Source of the DNA: Cytophagales bacterium
GTDB taxonomy: Bacteria; Bacteroidota; Bacteroidia; Cytophagales; Cyclobacteriaceae
Assembly: GCA_038251495.1 (NCBI GenBank)
Contig: JBBSBG010000001.1
Location: 1 to 33,533, forward strand
Direction: 5' to 3'
DNA length: 33,533 bases
Positions within the stretch are counted from its first letter, which is position 1; every line of letters starts with the position of its first letter. The notes below the pieces were generated by a model. It had not been told where the DNA came from, made no database searches, and saw only the letters and a list, made by a program, of their open reading frames with translations. The translations under genes were made by a program, and so were the position numbers. Below, piece after piece: positions 1-8,305 of the stretch.

Positions 1-995
1 ACATAGTCCTCATACATGATAGGCACATCAAAATTAATGACGTGAGTAACGTTGGTTACATCAATTCCGCGCGAAGCCACATCGGTAGAAACAAGAATTC
101 GCAACTTTCCTTCCTTAAAATCATTCATCGCATTGATGCGTGTATTCTGGCCTTTATTAGAATGAATTACCTTAACCGGCCCAAGGTGCTTTCTGTCCAA
201 GTATTTATAAATGTTGTTAGCAACATCTTTTGTTCTGGTAAAAATCATAACCCGACTAAACTCAGCATGTGTATTAAGAAGATGTTCTAAAAAATTTATT
301 TTGGTTGCTCCATTCGGCACATAATATAATTCCTGAACAACTTGTGTTGCCACAGTAGCGGGCGGGGTAATTTCCACGCGCACGCTAAAATCCAGGAACT
401 CGTTAGCAAGTCGCTCTACCTTTTCAGGGAAGGTGGCAGAGAACAAAACGTTTTGTCGTTTCGATGGAATTACTTCAAAAATTCTGCGAAGTTGTGGCAT
501 AAAGCCCATGTCCATCATGCGATCGGCCTCATCCAACACCAGCGTTTTTATTTGTTTGGTTACTAATTCATTTCGTTGATACAGTTCCAGAAAACGACCA
601 GGAGTAGCTATTATTAAATCAGTACCAGCCTGAATTCTTTCAATTTGTGCTTTAGCGCCAACACCACCATAAATTTCAACAATCCGTAGGTCGGTATACT
701 TAGCCAAAGCTGCGGCCTGTGTCGCTACCTGCGCTACTAATTCTTTTGTAGGCACCAGAATTAGTGCACGCACATCGCTGCCTTGTGCATAGCGAATCTT
801 CATCAGTAAAGGCAACATGTAGGCAGCTGTTTTCCCAGTTCCTGTTTGCGCAATACCAATTACATGCTGACCGCCTAAAACTAATGGAATACACTTTTGT
901 TGTATCTCAGTTGGTTTTTCGAAACCAGCATCGGCAACTGCATCGAACAATTGCTTGTTTAACTTAAAATCACTCCACGAAATAGGGCTGCTCAA
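1..995 (-). CDS. DEAD-box RNA helicase (RhlE-like), 3' end runs off the left edge of the window
   Basis: Manual translation of the minus strand from TTG at 995 gives MSSPISWSDFKLNKQLFDAV..., with Q motif (GFEKPTEIQ), Walker A AQTGTGKT, PTKEL, ATPGR, DEAD box LDEADRM, SAT and STDVASRGID. The frame stays open to position 1. An in-frame TAA three codons upstream fixes the TTG start. It is absent from the ORF track because the window holds no stop codon. Confidence 0.93.
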   Translation of the reverse strand, partial: MSSPISWSDFKLNKQLFDAVADAGFEKPTEIQQKCIPLVLGGQHVIGIAQTGTGKTAAYMLPLLMKIRYAQGSDVRALILVPTKELVAQVATQAAALAKYTDLRIVEIYGGVGAKAQIERIQAGTDLIIATPGRFLELYQRNELVTKQIKTLVLDEADRMMDMGFMPQLRRIFEVIPSKRQNVLFSATFPEKVERLANEFLDFSVRVEITPPATVATQVVQELYYVPNGATKINFLEHLLNTHAEFSRVMIFTRTKDVANNIYKYLDRKHLGPVKVIHSNKGQNTRINAMNDFKEGKLRILVSTDVASRGIDVTNVTHVINFDVPIMYEDY

Positions 996-1027
996 GATTT
1001 TTTATATTTACGTAATAAAGCAAGGTA

Positions 1028-2365
1028 ATGAACTCTACGTTAATCAAGAACGCGAAAGTTGTAAACCAAGGAAAAGTCTTTGAAGGTGATGTGTTGATTC
1101 GCGATGGTCGGATTGAAAAAATTGACTCAGCAATCACTGCCAATTCAAGATATAACATTGTTGATGCAAAAAGTTCTTTTTTATTACCAGGCGCCATTGA
1201 TGATCAAGTTCACTTTCGCGAACCGGGACTCACCCACAAAGCAACAATCTACTCTGAATCGCGCGCAGCCGTTGCGGGCGGTGTTACCAGTTTTATGGAA
1301 ATGCCAAACACAGTACCGCCCGTTTTTACACAAGCCTTACTGGAAGATAAATACCAGATCGCCTCACGCAACTCACTCGCAAACTATTCATTCTTTATTG
1401 GCGCTTCAAATGATAATCTTGATGAAGTACTCCGCACAGACCATACGAAAGTTTGTGGATTAAAAATATTTATGGGGTCTTCCACGGGCAATTTGTTGGT
1501 CGATGATGAAAAAGTACTCGAAGGTTTCTTTTCGAAGTTTCCTTCAATCATTACTACGCATTGCGAAGACGAACCAACCATAAGGAAAAATACAGTTGAG
1601 TTTAAGGAACGATATGGTGAGGACATGCCGATGAAATATCATCCAATAATCCGAAGTGAAGAAGCGTGTTATAAATCTTCCTCATTTGCGGTAGCGCTAG
1701 CAAAAAAGTTTGGAACCAGACTCCACATACTTCATATCTCAACAGCCAAGGAGACAAACCTATTTGACAACACACTTCCTTTAGAGAAGAAAAAAATAAC
1801 GGCTGAGGCCTGTATTCACCATCTTTGGTTTAACGATTCAGATTATGATCGTTTGGGTACGTTTATTAAATGGAATCCCGCTGTTAAAAAAGAATCAGAT
1901 CAACAAGAAATATTTAAGGCCGTATTAGATAACCGAATTGATGTTATTGCAACGGATCACGCACCGCATACACTGGAAGAAAAAAAGAACAAATATTTTC
2001 AAGCACCTTCCGGTGGACCATTGATTCAGCATAGTTTGGTTGCCATGTTAGAATTCTATCATCAGAAAAAAATTTCAATTGAAGCAATTGTTCAAAAAAT
2101 GGCGCACAACCCAGCCATTCTCTTTCAAGTAAAAGGTCGCGGATTTATCAGGGAAGGATATTTTGCCGACTTGGTTTTAGTAAATTCAAACAAGCCGTGG
2201 CAGGTTGAGAAAAGTAATATTCTGGCAAAATGTGGTTGGTCGCCTTTTGAAGGCAATACCTTTCAATCTTCGGTAACCCACATTTGGGTTTCGGGTCATT
2301 TGGCTTTTGCCGATGGCAAGCTCGATGAAACCAAAAAAGGAGAACGGCTGCTCTTTTCGCGTTAA
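1028..2365 (+). CDS. pyrC: Dihydroorotase (amidohydrolase superfamily)
   Basis: IDDQVHFREPG, EMPNT, KIFMGSSTG, KWNPA and ATDHAPH motifs. Confidence 0.9.
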   Translation: MNSTLIKNAKVVNQGKVFEGDVLIRDGRIEKIDSAITANSRYNIVDAKSSFLLPGAIDDQVHFREPGLTHKATIYSESRAAVAGGVTSFMEMPNTVPPVFTQALLEDKYQIASRNSLANYSFFIGASNDNLDEVLRTDHTKVCGLKIFMGSSTGNLLVDDEKVLEGFFSKFPSIITTHCEDEPTIRKNTVEFKERYGEDMPMKYHPIIRSEEACYKSSSFAVALAKKFGTRLHILHISTAKETNLFDNTLPLEKKKITAEACIHHLWFNDSDYDRLGTFIKWNPAVKKESDQQEIFKAVLDNRIDVIATDHAPHTLEEKKNKYFQAPSGGPLIQHSLVAMLEFYHQKKISIEAIVQKMAHNPAILFQVKGRGFIREGYFADLVLVNSNKPWQVEKSNILAKCGWSPFEGNTFQSSVTHIWVSGHLAFADGKLDETKKGERLLFSR

Positions 2366-2372
2366 AAGCAAG

Positions 2373-2398
2373 AAACCCCTGCGCAAGGCAAGGGTTTT
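2373..2398. terminator. Intrinsic terminator between convergent pyrC and tRNA-His
   Basis: Stem AAACCCCTGC / GCAAGGGTTT, whose one mismatch is a G-U pair on the minus strand, with flanking A/T runs. Confidence 0.65.
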
Positions 2399-2409
2399 AA
2401 ATTTTAATG

Positions 2410-2484
2410 GGTGAATGACGGGGCTCGAACCCGCGACCTCCAGAATCACAATCTAGCATTCTAACCAACTGAACTACATCCACC
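2410..2484 (-). tRNA. tRNA-His (GTG)
   Basis: Minus strand reads GGTGGATGTAGTTCAGTTGGTTAGAATGCTAGATT-GTG-ATTCTGGAGGTCGCGGGTTCGAGCCCCGTCATTCACC. It has the G-1:C73 His identity pair and a GTTCGA T-loop. A full CCA is not encoded. Confidence 0.96.
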
Positions 2485-2525
2485 ATTTACAAATCCACAC
2501 GCAAGCCGATGCTGATTTGGGAGTG

Positions 2526-2533
2526 CAAATTTA
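2526..2533 (-). promoter_or_regulatory. Bacteroidota -7 promoter element for tRNA-His
   Basis: TAAATTTG matches the TAnnTTTG consensus about 40 bp upstream of the tRNA. Confidence 0.6.
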
Positions 2534-2659
2534 ACGTAGGCTTATTAGAATTCAAAAAATGATTTTACCATAGATTTCCTTACCTCACAATCAAATTATC
2601 GCACTATTAATTCAATCTCATAGCAAGGATTAAACTTATTTTTTCAATAAGTTTAGTTG

Positions 2660-2908
2660 ATGGTTTGCTGGAACACCGTTAAAAATCTTCCCTTAGAAAA
2701 AAAGATTCCCTTGCTTTATCAGCATGCGAGTTTTGTAATGAACATTCGCTACTATAGCTATAAAGTAAACTTATATTTATTAGGCAGCGATTATGTTGAA
2801 GTGTTTATCAACCATAAACGCGCTTCGATTGATCGAATTGCTTTGTTAGACATACACCACACGCGTATGAAGTTTTACTCTGATCAAATCAAGTTGCCGG
2901 CTCTTTAA
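2660..2908 (+). CDS. Small hypothetical protein (about 82 aa)
   Basis: Clean ORF followed by a terminator. The NLYLLGSDYVEVF segment resembles small uncharacterised Bacteroidota proteins as I recall them. Confidence 0.65.
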   Translation: MVCWNTVKNLPLEKKIPLLYQHASFVMNIRYYSYKVNLYLLGSDYVEVFINHKRASIDRIALLDIHHTRMKFYSDQIKLPAL

Positions 2909-2914
2909 CAACAT

Positions 2915-2946
2915 AAAAAAACCTCACTTTTGGGTGAGGCTTTTTA
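2915..2946. terminator. Bidirectional intrinsic terminator
   Basis: A-run, CCTCAC-loop-GTGAGG stem and T-run between convergent genes. Confidence 0.75.
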
Positions 2947-2962
2947 TTGGGTCAAATTTTTA

Positions 2963-3712
2963 CTAAGCCGTAGCCGGAGCAACTTCGTCCAGTTTAGTAG
3001 ATATTTTTAGCGTCACAGTCTTTCTGGCTTTATACCCACAATAACTGCAAAGGTAGTACTTCATTAATTCACCTTCTTCTGTAGCCGATGGTTGTTTGAT
3101 AACTTCCTCGCGGGTTACCTTAAAGGTTTGATAATTACATTCCGGACACTGGATAGCATGCAAGTGACCAGCATATTTTTCAACTTGCTTAAATCCCGAC
3201 TCTTCGTCTAACCAAACATCATAGTCAACGGAGTAAACATTTTCTTCTGCAATCATACCCTCATCCATGTGGGCATCTTCTTCCTCTTCGCTAAGAAGCT
3301 TCATTGGCTTACCTGTTTTTGGCGATATCCGTGGCTTATAGCGGAGTACCTTTAGGCGTTTTTCAATAAAGAAGGGATAGTAAAATTTAAGCAGGTTTTG
3401 AATAATTACGCCAATAAAAAATCCCATCATTATGGTTGTGAACACTCTCACAAAAATCCAAAGGGCAGTGAGCTCGGTTACATTGGCGTTTACAAAAAAA
3501 CATCCCCCAATTATCAGAATGATAGAGGCAATCCACAATAACTTGATCTCGTGCTTATTAATGTAATCGTATTTGTTTTTGCTGCCTCCTGTAGATGACA
3601 ACTTCACGATATAGCCCAGAATAACCAAAATGCCAATAGCCCAAAAGGCTAAAGCCATATTGAGAGCCAAATTGTTCCATGCGTCATACTGATGTGGGTC
3701 TAATTCTTCCAT
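2963..3712 (-). CDS. Membrane protein with three predicted TM helices and a C-terminal Zn-ribbon
   Basis: Three hydrophobic segments, an acidic LSEEEED...SVDYDVW motif, and CPEC and CSYC pairs. Confidence 0.8.
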   Translation of the reverse strand: MEELDPHQYDAWNNLALNMALAFWAIGILVILGYIVKLSSTGGSKNKYDYINKHEIKLLWIASIILIIGGCFFVNANVTELTALWIFVRVFTTIMMGFFIGVIIQNLLKFYYPFFIEKRLKVLRYKPRISPKTGKPMKLLSEEEEDAHMDEGMIAEENVYSVDYDVWLDEESGFKQVEKYAGHLHAIQCPECNYQTFKVTREEVIKQPSATEEGELMKYYLCSYCGYKARKTVTLKISTKLDEVAPATA

Positions 3713-3947
3713 GTTCTTATGAATTTTATGGGTTTATTCAGGATAATAGAAATTAGTAAACTGTCTGATGTAATATTTTTCCTAGCATCCAAATATATAC
3801 AATTAAGGACAAATTAGAATGGATTAGCTGAATTTCCAAAATAACCTTTTACACTATATAAAGGATGGGAGGTAAGGTGTTACTTAAATAAGCGAGTTAC
3901 GGAATTGCTGCAACTGAAATTTGGGGGTTATCTAGCTGATTTTCAGT

Positions 3948-3976
3948 TTCATTCAAGTAAATTGAACTTGAATGAA
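3948..3976. terminator. AT-rich hairpin immediately after the dxs stop
   Basis: Perfect 11-bp inverted repeat TTCATTCAAGT / ACTTGAATGAA with a 7-nt loop. Confidence 0.45.
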
Positions 3977-3977
3977 G

Positions 3978-5909
3978 TTACAAGGATTTGTAAGTATTTG
4001 AATGTGATAGCAATTTTTCTACAGCCCTTATTATACCATTAGTGTCGAACCCACATTCTCGGTGTAGTTCATTTTGTTCACCATGCTCAATAATTGCATC
4101 CGGTATTCCCAATCGTTTTACTTCAGCACTATAGTTGTTATCAGCCATGAACTCAAGCACCGCACTTCCAATTCCCCCTTGCAAGCAACCGTCTTCTATA
4201 GTAATTATTTTTTTGAAAGATGTAAAAACCTCATGAAGCAGCTCCTCATCCAGCGGTTTGGCAAAGCGTAAATCGTAATGTGCGGGACTTATGTGCTTTT
4301 CATCCAAAAGTTCACACGCTTCTACAACGTAATTTCCAATATGGCCAAACGAAAGTATTGCTACCTCTTGCCCATCTTTTATTTTACGGCCTTTGCCAAT
4401 TTCTATTTCCTCAAAAGGCGTCCGCCAGTTTGGTGTTACTCCTTGCCCACGAGGGTATCTAATTATGAAAGCATTTTCTGTCCTTGGCAACTGAGCTGTA
4501 TACATTAAATTACGAAGTTCGGGCTCATCCATGGGAGCCGAAATGATCATGTTTGGTATACACCTGGAGTAAGCAATGTCATATGCACCATGATGTGTCG
4601 GTCCATCAGCACCGGCAAGCCCCGCCCTATCCAAACAAAAGTTAACTGGTAAGTTTTGGATGCAAACATCATGGATAACCTGATCGTAAGCACGCTGCAT
4701 AAACGAACTATAGATATTACAAAAAGGTATAATGCCTTGCGTTGCCAACCCTGCTGCAAATGTTACTGCATGTTGTTCGGCAATACCCACATCCAACGCC
4801 CTATCTGGCATCTCCTTCATCATGATATTCATGGAAGAACCTGAAGGCATGGCGGGAGTTATGCCCATGATTTTATCATTTTGTTTGGCAAGCTCTAAGA
4901 GTGTGTGGCCAAACACATCTTGATATTTAGGAGCTTGCGGAACATCATGAACCTTTTTATAAATCTCACCTGAGATTTTATCAAATATGCCTGGTGCATG
5001 CCAGGTGGTGGCGTTGCCTTGTTCTGCCGGACCATAACCCTTGCCCTTAACAGTAACACAATGAAGTATTTTGGGTCCTTTTATTTGCTTCAGGTCGCGA
5101 AGCACTGCAACCATATGATCCACATCGTGTCCATCAACAGGGCCAAAGTATCTTAAGTTAAGTGACTCAAATAAATTACTTTGACTTAACAGTGTTGACT
5201 TGATCCCGTTCTCAACTTTCGAGACAATCTCTTGTGCATTTTTTCCAAAGTGTGAAAGTTTACCTAATAAATTCCACACATCATCCTTCAATCTATTATA
5301 CGTTTTAGATGTAGTGATGTCTGTAAGATAATCTTTTAGGGCACCTACATTTGGATCAATAGACATGCAGTTGTCATTGAGAATGATGAGCAGATTAGTA
5401 TCAGAAACACCAGCATGGTTTAGCCCTTCAAAGGCCATACCACCAGTTAATGCACCATCACCAATAACCGCAATGTGCTGCTTCTGCTCATCGCCTAAAT
5501 ATTTTGATGCCACCGCCATACCTAAGGCTGCGGAAACTGAGGTTGAAGAATGACCCACACCGAATGCATCAAACTCACTCTCTTTTCTTTTAGGGAATCC
5601 TGAAATGCCTTTGTAAACCCGATTGGTATGAAATGAATTCATGCGACCGGTAAGAATTTTATGACCGTAAGCCTGATGGCCAACATCCCAAACTAATTGA
5701 TCGCTTGGAGTATTAAATACATAATGAAGAGCTACTGTTAATTCAATAACTCCCAAACTTGCTCCAAAATGTCCGCCATAAACCGATACATTATCGATAA
5801 TAAAGTTTCTAAGTTCGTCACACAACTGCACAAGTTGCGCAGCGTCCAACTCCTTTAGGTCGTTAGGACTTTTTATTTTGGCTAATAATTTCCCGGGCAT
5901 AATGAGCAT
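3978..5909 (-). CDS. dxs: 1-deoxy-D-xylulose-5-phosphate synthase
   Basis: GGHFGASLG, WDVGHQAYGHKILTGR, TPP motif GDGALTGGMAFE...NDN, GIAEQH, DGPTHHG and IRYPRG. The start may be a downstream Met. Confidence 0.97.
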   Translation of the reverse strand: MLIMPGKLLAKIKSPNDLKELDAAQLVQLCDELRNFIIDNVSVYGGHFGASLGVIELTVALHYVFNTPSDQLVWDVGHQAYGHKILTGRMNSFHTNRVYKGISGFPKRKESEFDAFGVGHSSTSVSAALGMAVASKYLGDEQKQHIAVIGDGALTGGMAFEGLNHAGVSDTNLLIILNDNCMSIDPNVGALKDYLTDITTSKTYNRLKDDVWNLLGKLSHFGKNAQEIVSKVENGIKSTLLSQSNLFESLNLRYFGPVDGHDVDHMVAVLRDLKQIKGPKILHCVTVKGKGYGPAEQGNATTWHAPGIFDKISGEIYKKVHDVPQAPKYQDVFGHTLLELAKQNDKIMGITPAMPSGSSMNIMMKEMPDRALDVGIAEQHAVTFAAGLATQGIIPFCNIYSSFMQRAYDQVIHDVCIQNLPVNFCLDRAGLAGADGPTHHGAYDIAYSRCIPNMIISAPMDEPELRNLMYTAQLPRTENAFIIRYPRGQGVTPNWRTPFEEIEIGKGRKIKDGQEVAILSFGHIGNYVVEACELLDEKHISPAHYDLRFAKPLDEELLHEVFTSFKKIITIEDGCLQGGIGSAVLEFMADNNYSAEVKRLGIPDAIIEHGEQNELHRECGFDTNGIIRAVEKLLSHSNTYKSL

Positions 5910-6080
5910 GGGCGTTTTCGAAAATTGTTTGAATTAAGAGAACTTATTCCTAACAATAACGAAAGGCAACTGTTCAATTCACTGTTAAATTATAAATAAG
6001 GCCAAAAATAAGAAATTGCATTGGGTTAAGCATCGCCTATATTCTCTAAAAATAAAGGCTCAAAATCATTCAATCCTGAC

Positions 6081-6088
6081 TATTTTTG
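6081..6088 (+). promoter_or_regulatory. -7 promoter element for scpA
   Basis: TATTTTTG matches TAnnTTTG and supports the ATG at 6107. Confidence 0.5.
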
Positions 6089-6106
6089 TCGCCCACATTG
6101 ATTGTT

Positions 6107-6868
6107 ATGCAACAGGAACCATTTGAAATCAGATTACCCTTATTTGAGGGCCCTTTCGATCTGCTACTTTTCTTTATTGAGCGCGATGAATTGGAAATCA
6201 ACGATATCCCTATCTCGACCATAACGAACGATTTTCTGGAGTACATCCGCAGTTTGGAGACCCTTAATGTTGAGGTGGCAAGTGAGTTTATCTTAGTTGC
6301 TGCTACTCTCATGCGAATCAAGTCTAAAATGTTACTCCCGCGCCCTCAAATGGATGAACTGGGTAATGAAATTGACCCTCGCGAAGAGTTGGTTAAACAC
6401 TTACTTGAGTACAAAAAGTACAAATCTGTGGTTGAGCAGTTCCATAAAATGGAAGAAGTAGAGCTGATGAAGGAAAAGCGAGGCAATTTGATGAAGGAAT
6501 TGAGAGCTCTCGCTGAAAGCACCAATGTGGAGGCTGAGTTACAAGATGTTGACTTATTCAAGCTACTTACCGTATTCGAAAAAGTACTTAAAAGACAAGA
6601 GGAGGAGAAAAACCGTCCGGTTCATCAAGTAATTCTATATCCGTTTACTATTGAAGGACAAAAGGAGTTTATCTTAAGCGAAATCACTACAAAACAAAGG
6701 GTTGCCTTTACAGATCTGTTCGAAAGCACCCCAACCCGGATCAGCCTTATATTTAACTTTCTTGCCATACTCGAAATGCTTGCGTATGGCCTGTTAAGCA
6801 TTCAAGTTGGTGAAGGGTTTAATAATTTTTGGGTAATGAAAGCCGAAGAAGTTCAGGCAGAAGGATGA
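6107..6868 (+). CDS. scpA: Segregation and condensation protein A (SMC kleisin)
   Basis: FEGPFDLLL, ASEFILVAATLMRIKSKMLLP, DPREELV and FLAILEM motifs. Confidence 0.93.
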   Translation: MQQEPFEIRLPLFEGPFDLLLFFIERDELEINDIPISTITNDFLEYIRSLETLNVEVASEFILVAATLMRIKSKMLLPRPQMDELGNEIDPREELVKHLLEYKKYKSVVEQFHKMEEVELMKEKRGNLMKELRALAESTNVEAELQDVDLFKLLTVFEKVLKRQEEEKNRPVHQVILYPFTIEGQKEFILSEITTKQRVAFTDLFESTPTRISLIFNFLAILEMLAYGLLSIQVGEGFNNFWVMKAEEVQAEG

Positions 6869-6877
6869 TAGGCTCTC

Positions 6878-8287
6878 TTACTGATTATTATCAAGCAATC
6901 CACCTGTCAATCGCACAAGATCAACGCGGCTGGTAATTCCTGTATAAATGGCTAATAAATTATCCAAGGCAGCTTGTTGATAGCTATCCTGTACAATTCG
7001 TAAGTCAATTGCACTTAAGGCTCCGTTCTTATACCGCTCATTAGCAAGTGAAAGATTTAATTCAGCAGCCTCTAATCTAACCTGAGCTATTTGAACCAGT
7101 TGTCTTCTCAAATTGTACAAATCAAGTGTAGCTAATAAATCATTTTCTAGTGAGAGTTTGAGTTGATCGGTGGTTACTTGTTCAATTTTCTCTTGTATGC
7201 GTGAACTCTCAACCGCACGCCTTATTTGCCCGCCATTAAACAACGTAAACCGTAAACCAAAATTTGCATACGCTCCATAGCTGTTACCTATTTGTGTTAA
7301 TGGAGTTAGGGCTGTCTCATTCACGTTATTAAAAACTGGTTGTGTCTGATCGCGATTTACAAAGCCCACAGTATTTTCCAATACATTACCTGTTGACGTT
7401 CTAAAATTTGCGTTTAACCGATCTAAGCTTCCATTGGCTCCAACATTTAGCGTAACCAGGGGTGCATAGTTCGATTGAGCTATGCCTGTAGCGTTGCGAA
7501 ATAATTCCTGGCTGATGTATTGATTACGTAGGTTTGTGTTCGACTTCATCATTTTGTCGCGCAAATTCTCATATTGATACGCCTCATTTTCCAATGGAAT
7601 TTTATCTGTCAGCACATAAGTTTTATTTATATTTTCATTCAACAGAAGATTAAAATTTCTAATCTGATTTTTTATTACAATTTCTTGTTGTAGCACACTG
7701 GCAGAATCTGTCAAATAATTATTTTGTTCTTGCAGCACATCAAATGTTATGGCGCTGCCTAATTCTTTTCTGAGTTTAACATAGTCGTATCGCTCTTTCG
7801 AAAATGCTTTATTCTTAACTAACACATCTAACTGTTCCTGCTGCAGCAACATTTGGTAGTATCCAAGAATAATTGCCTGCACGGTATTCTCCATCACAAA
7901 GCGGGCATTGCCACTACTTAGTTCTTCTAATTTTTCTAATCGCTCTTTAGACAAGCGCACAAAGAATCCATCGAACAAAGTAAACTCTGCATCCAACTGT
8001 CCAGTTAGGTTATCTGAAACGTTTTTACCTGGCACTGCAAAAGGGTTGGCGGGTTTGCGTTGCACCACACTATTGGGTTGATTGCCAATAAGGTTAATAG
8101 TTGGAAATAAGCCTGCCTGACCCCAAGAATTATTATTCCGTGCAATGTCTTCATTGAGCTTACCTATTTGAACATTAAAATTGTTTTGCAACCCAATTTG
8201 AATGGCCCCTGCAAGGCTCAATTCATCTTGTGCATGACTTACTACACAACTAAAAACAAACAGAGAGACAGCAAAAAAACGATTCAT
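6878..8287 (-). CDS. TolC-family outer membrane efflux protein
   Basis: Signal peptide, two OEP repeats (LFPTINL...TLFDG and YAPLVTL...TLFNGG, ERYKNG). Last gene of the RND operon. Confidence 0.92.
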   Translation of the reverse strand: MNRFFAVSLFVFSCVVSHAQDELSLAGAIQIGLQNNFNVQIGKLNEDIARNNNSWGQAGLFPTINLIGNQPNSVVQRKPANPFAVPGKNVSDNLTGQLDAEFTLFDGFFVRLSKERLEKLEELSSGNARFVMENTVQAIILGYYQMLLQQEQLDVLVKNKAFSKERYDYVKLRKELGSAITFDVLQEQNNYLTDSASVLQQEIVIKNQIRNFNLLLNENINKTYVLTDKIPLENEAYQYENLRDKMMKSNTNLRNQYISQELFRNATGIAQSNYAPLVTLNVGANGSLDRLNANFRTSTGNVLENTVGFVNRDQTQPVFNNVNETALTPLTQIGNSYGAYANFGLRFTLFNGGQIRRAVESSRIQEKIEQVTTDQLKLSLENDLLATLDLYNLRRQLVQIAQVRLEAAELNLSLANERYKNGALSAIDLRIVQDSYQQAALDNLLAIYTGITSRVDLVRLTGGLLDNNQ

Positions 8288-8305
8288 AGAAAAATGAGAT
8301 TGAAC

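Noticed and set aside
1-970. Apparent gene-poor or pseudogene region with short ORFs (42..290, 342..566, 700..894, 764..967)
   Set aside because: These are shadows of an intact minus-strand DEAD-box helicase that runs off the window.
1196-1230. Dihydroorotase has QVH rather than the HxH metal motif
   Set aside because: As I recall, DDQVHFREPG is normal for this dihydroorotase subfamily, so it is not evidence of inactivation.
2186-2449. 87-aa minus-strand ORF
   Set aside because: It starts inside tRNA-His and runs antisense to pyrC.
2410-2960. tRNA-His as an integration site for an island
   Set aside because: No integrase and no duplicated tRNA 3' end are visible, and the 3' side abuts pyrC directly.
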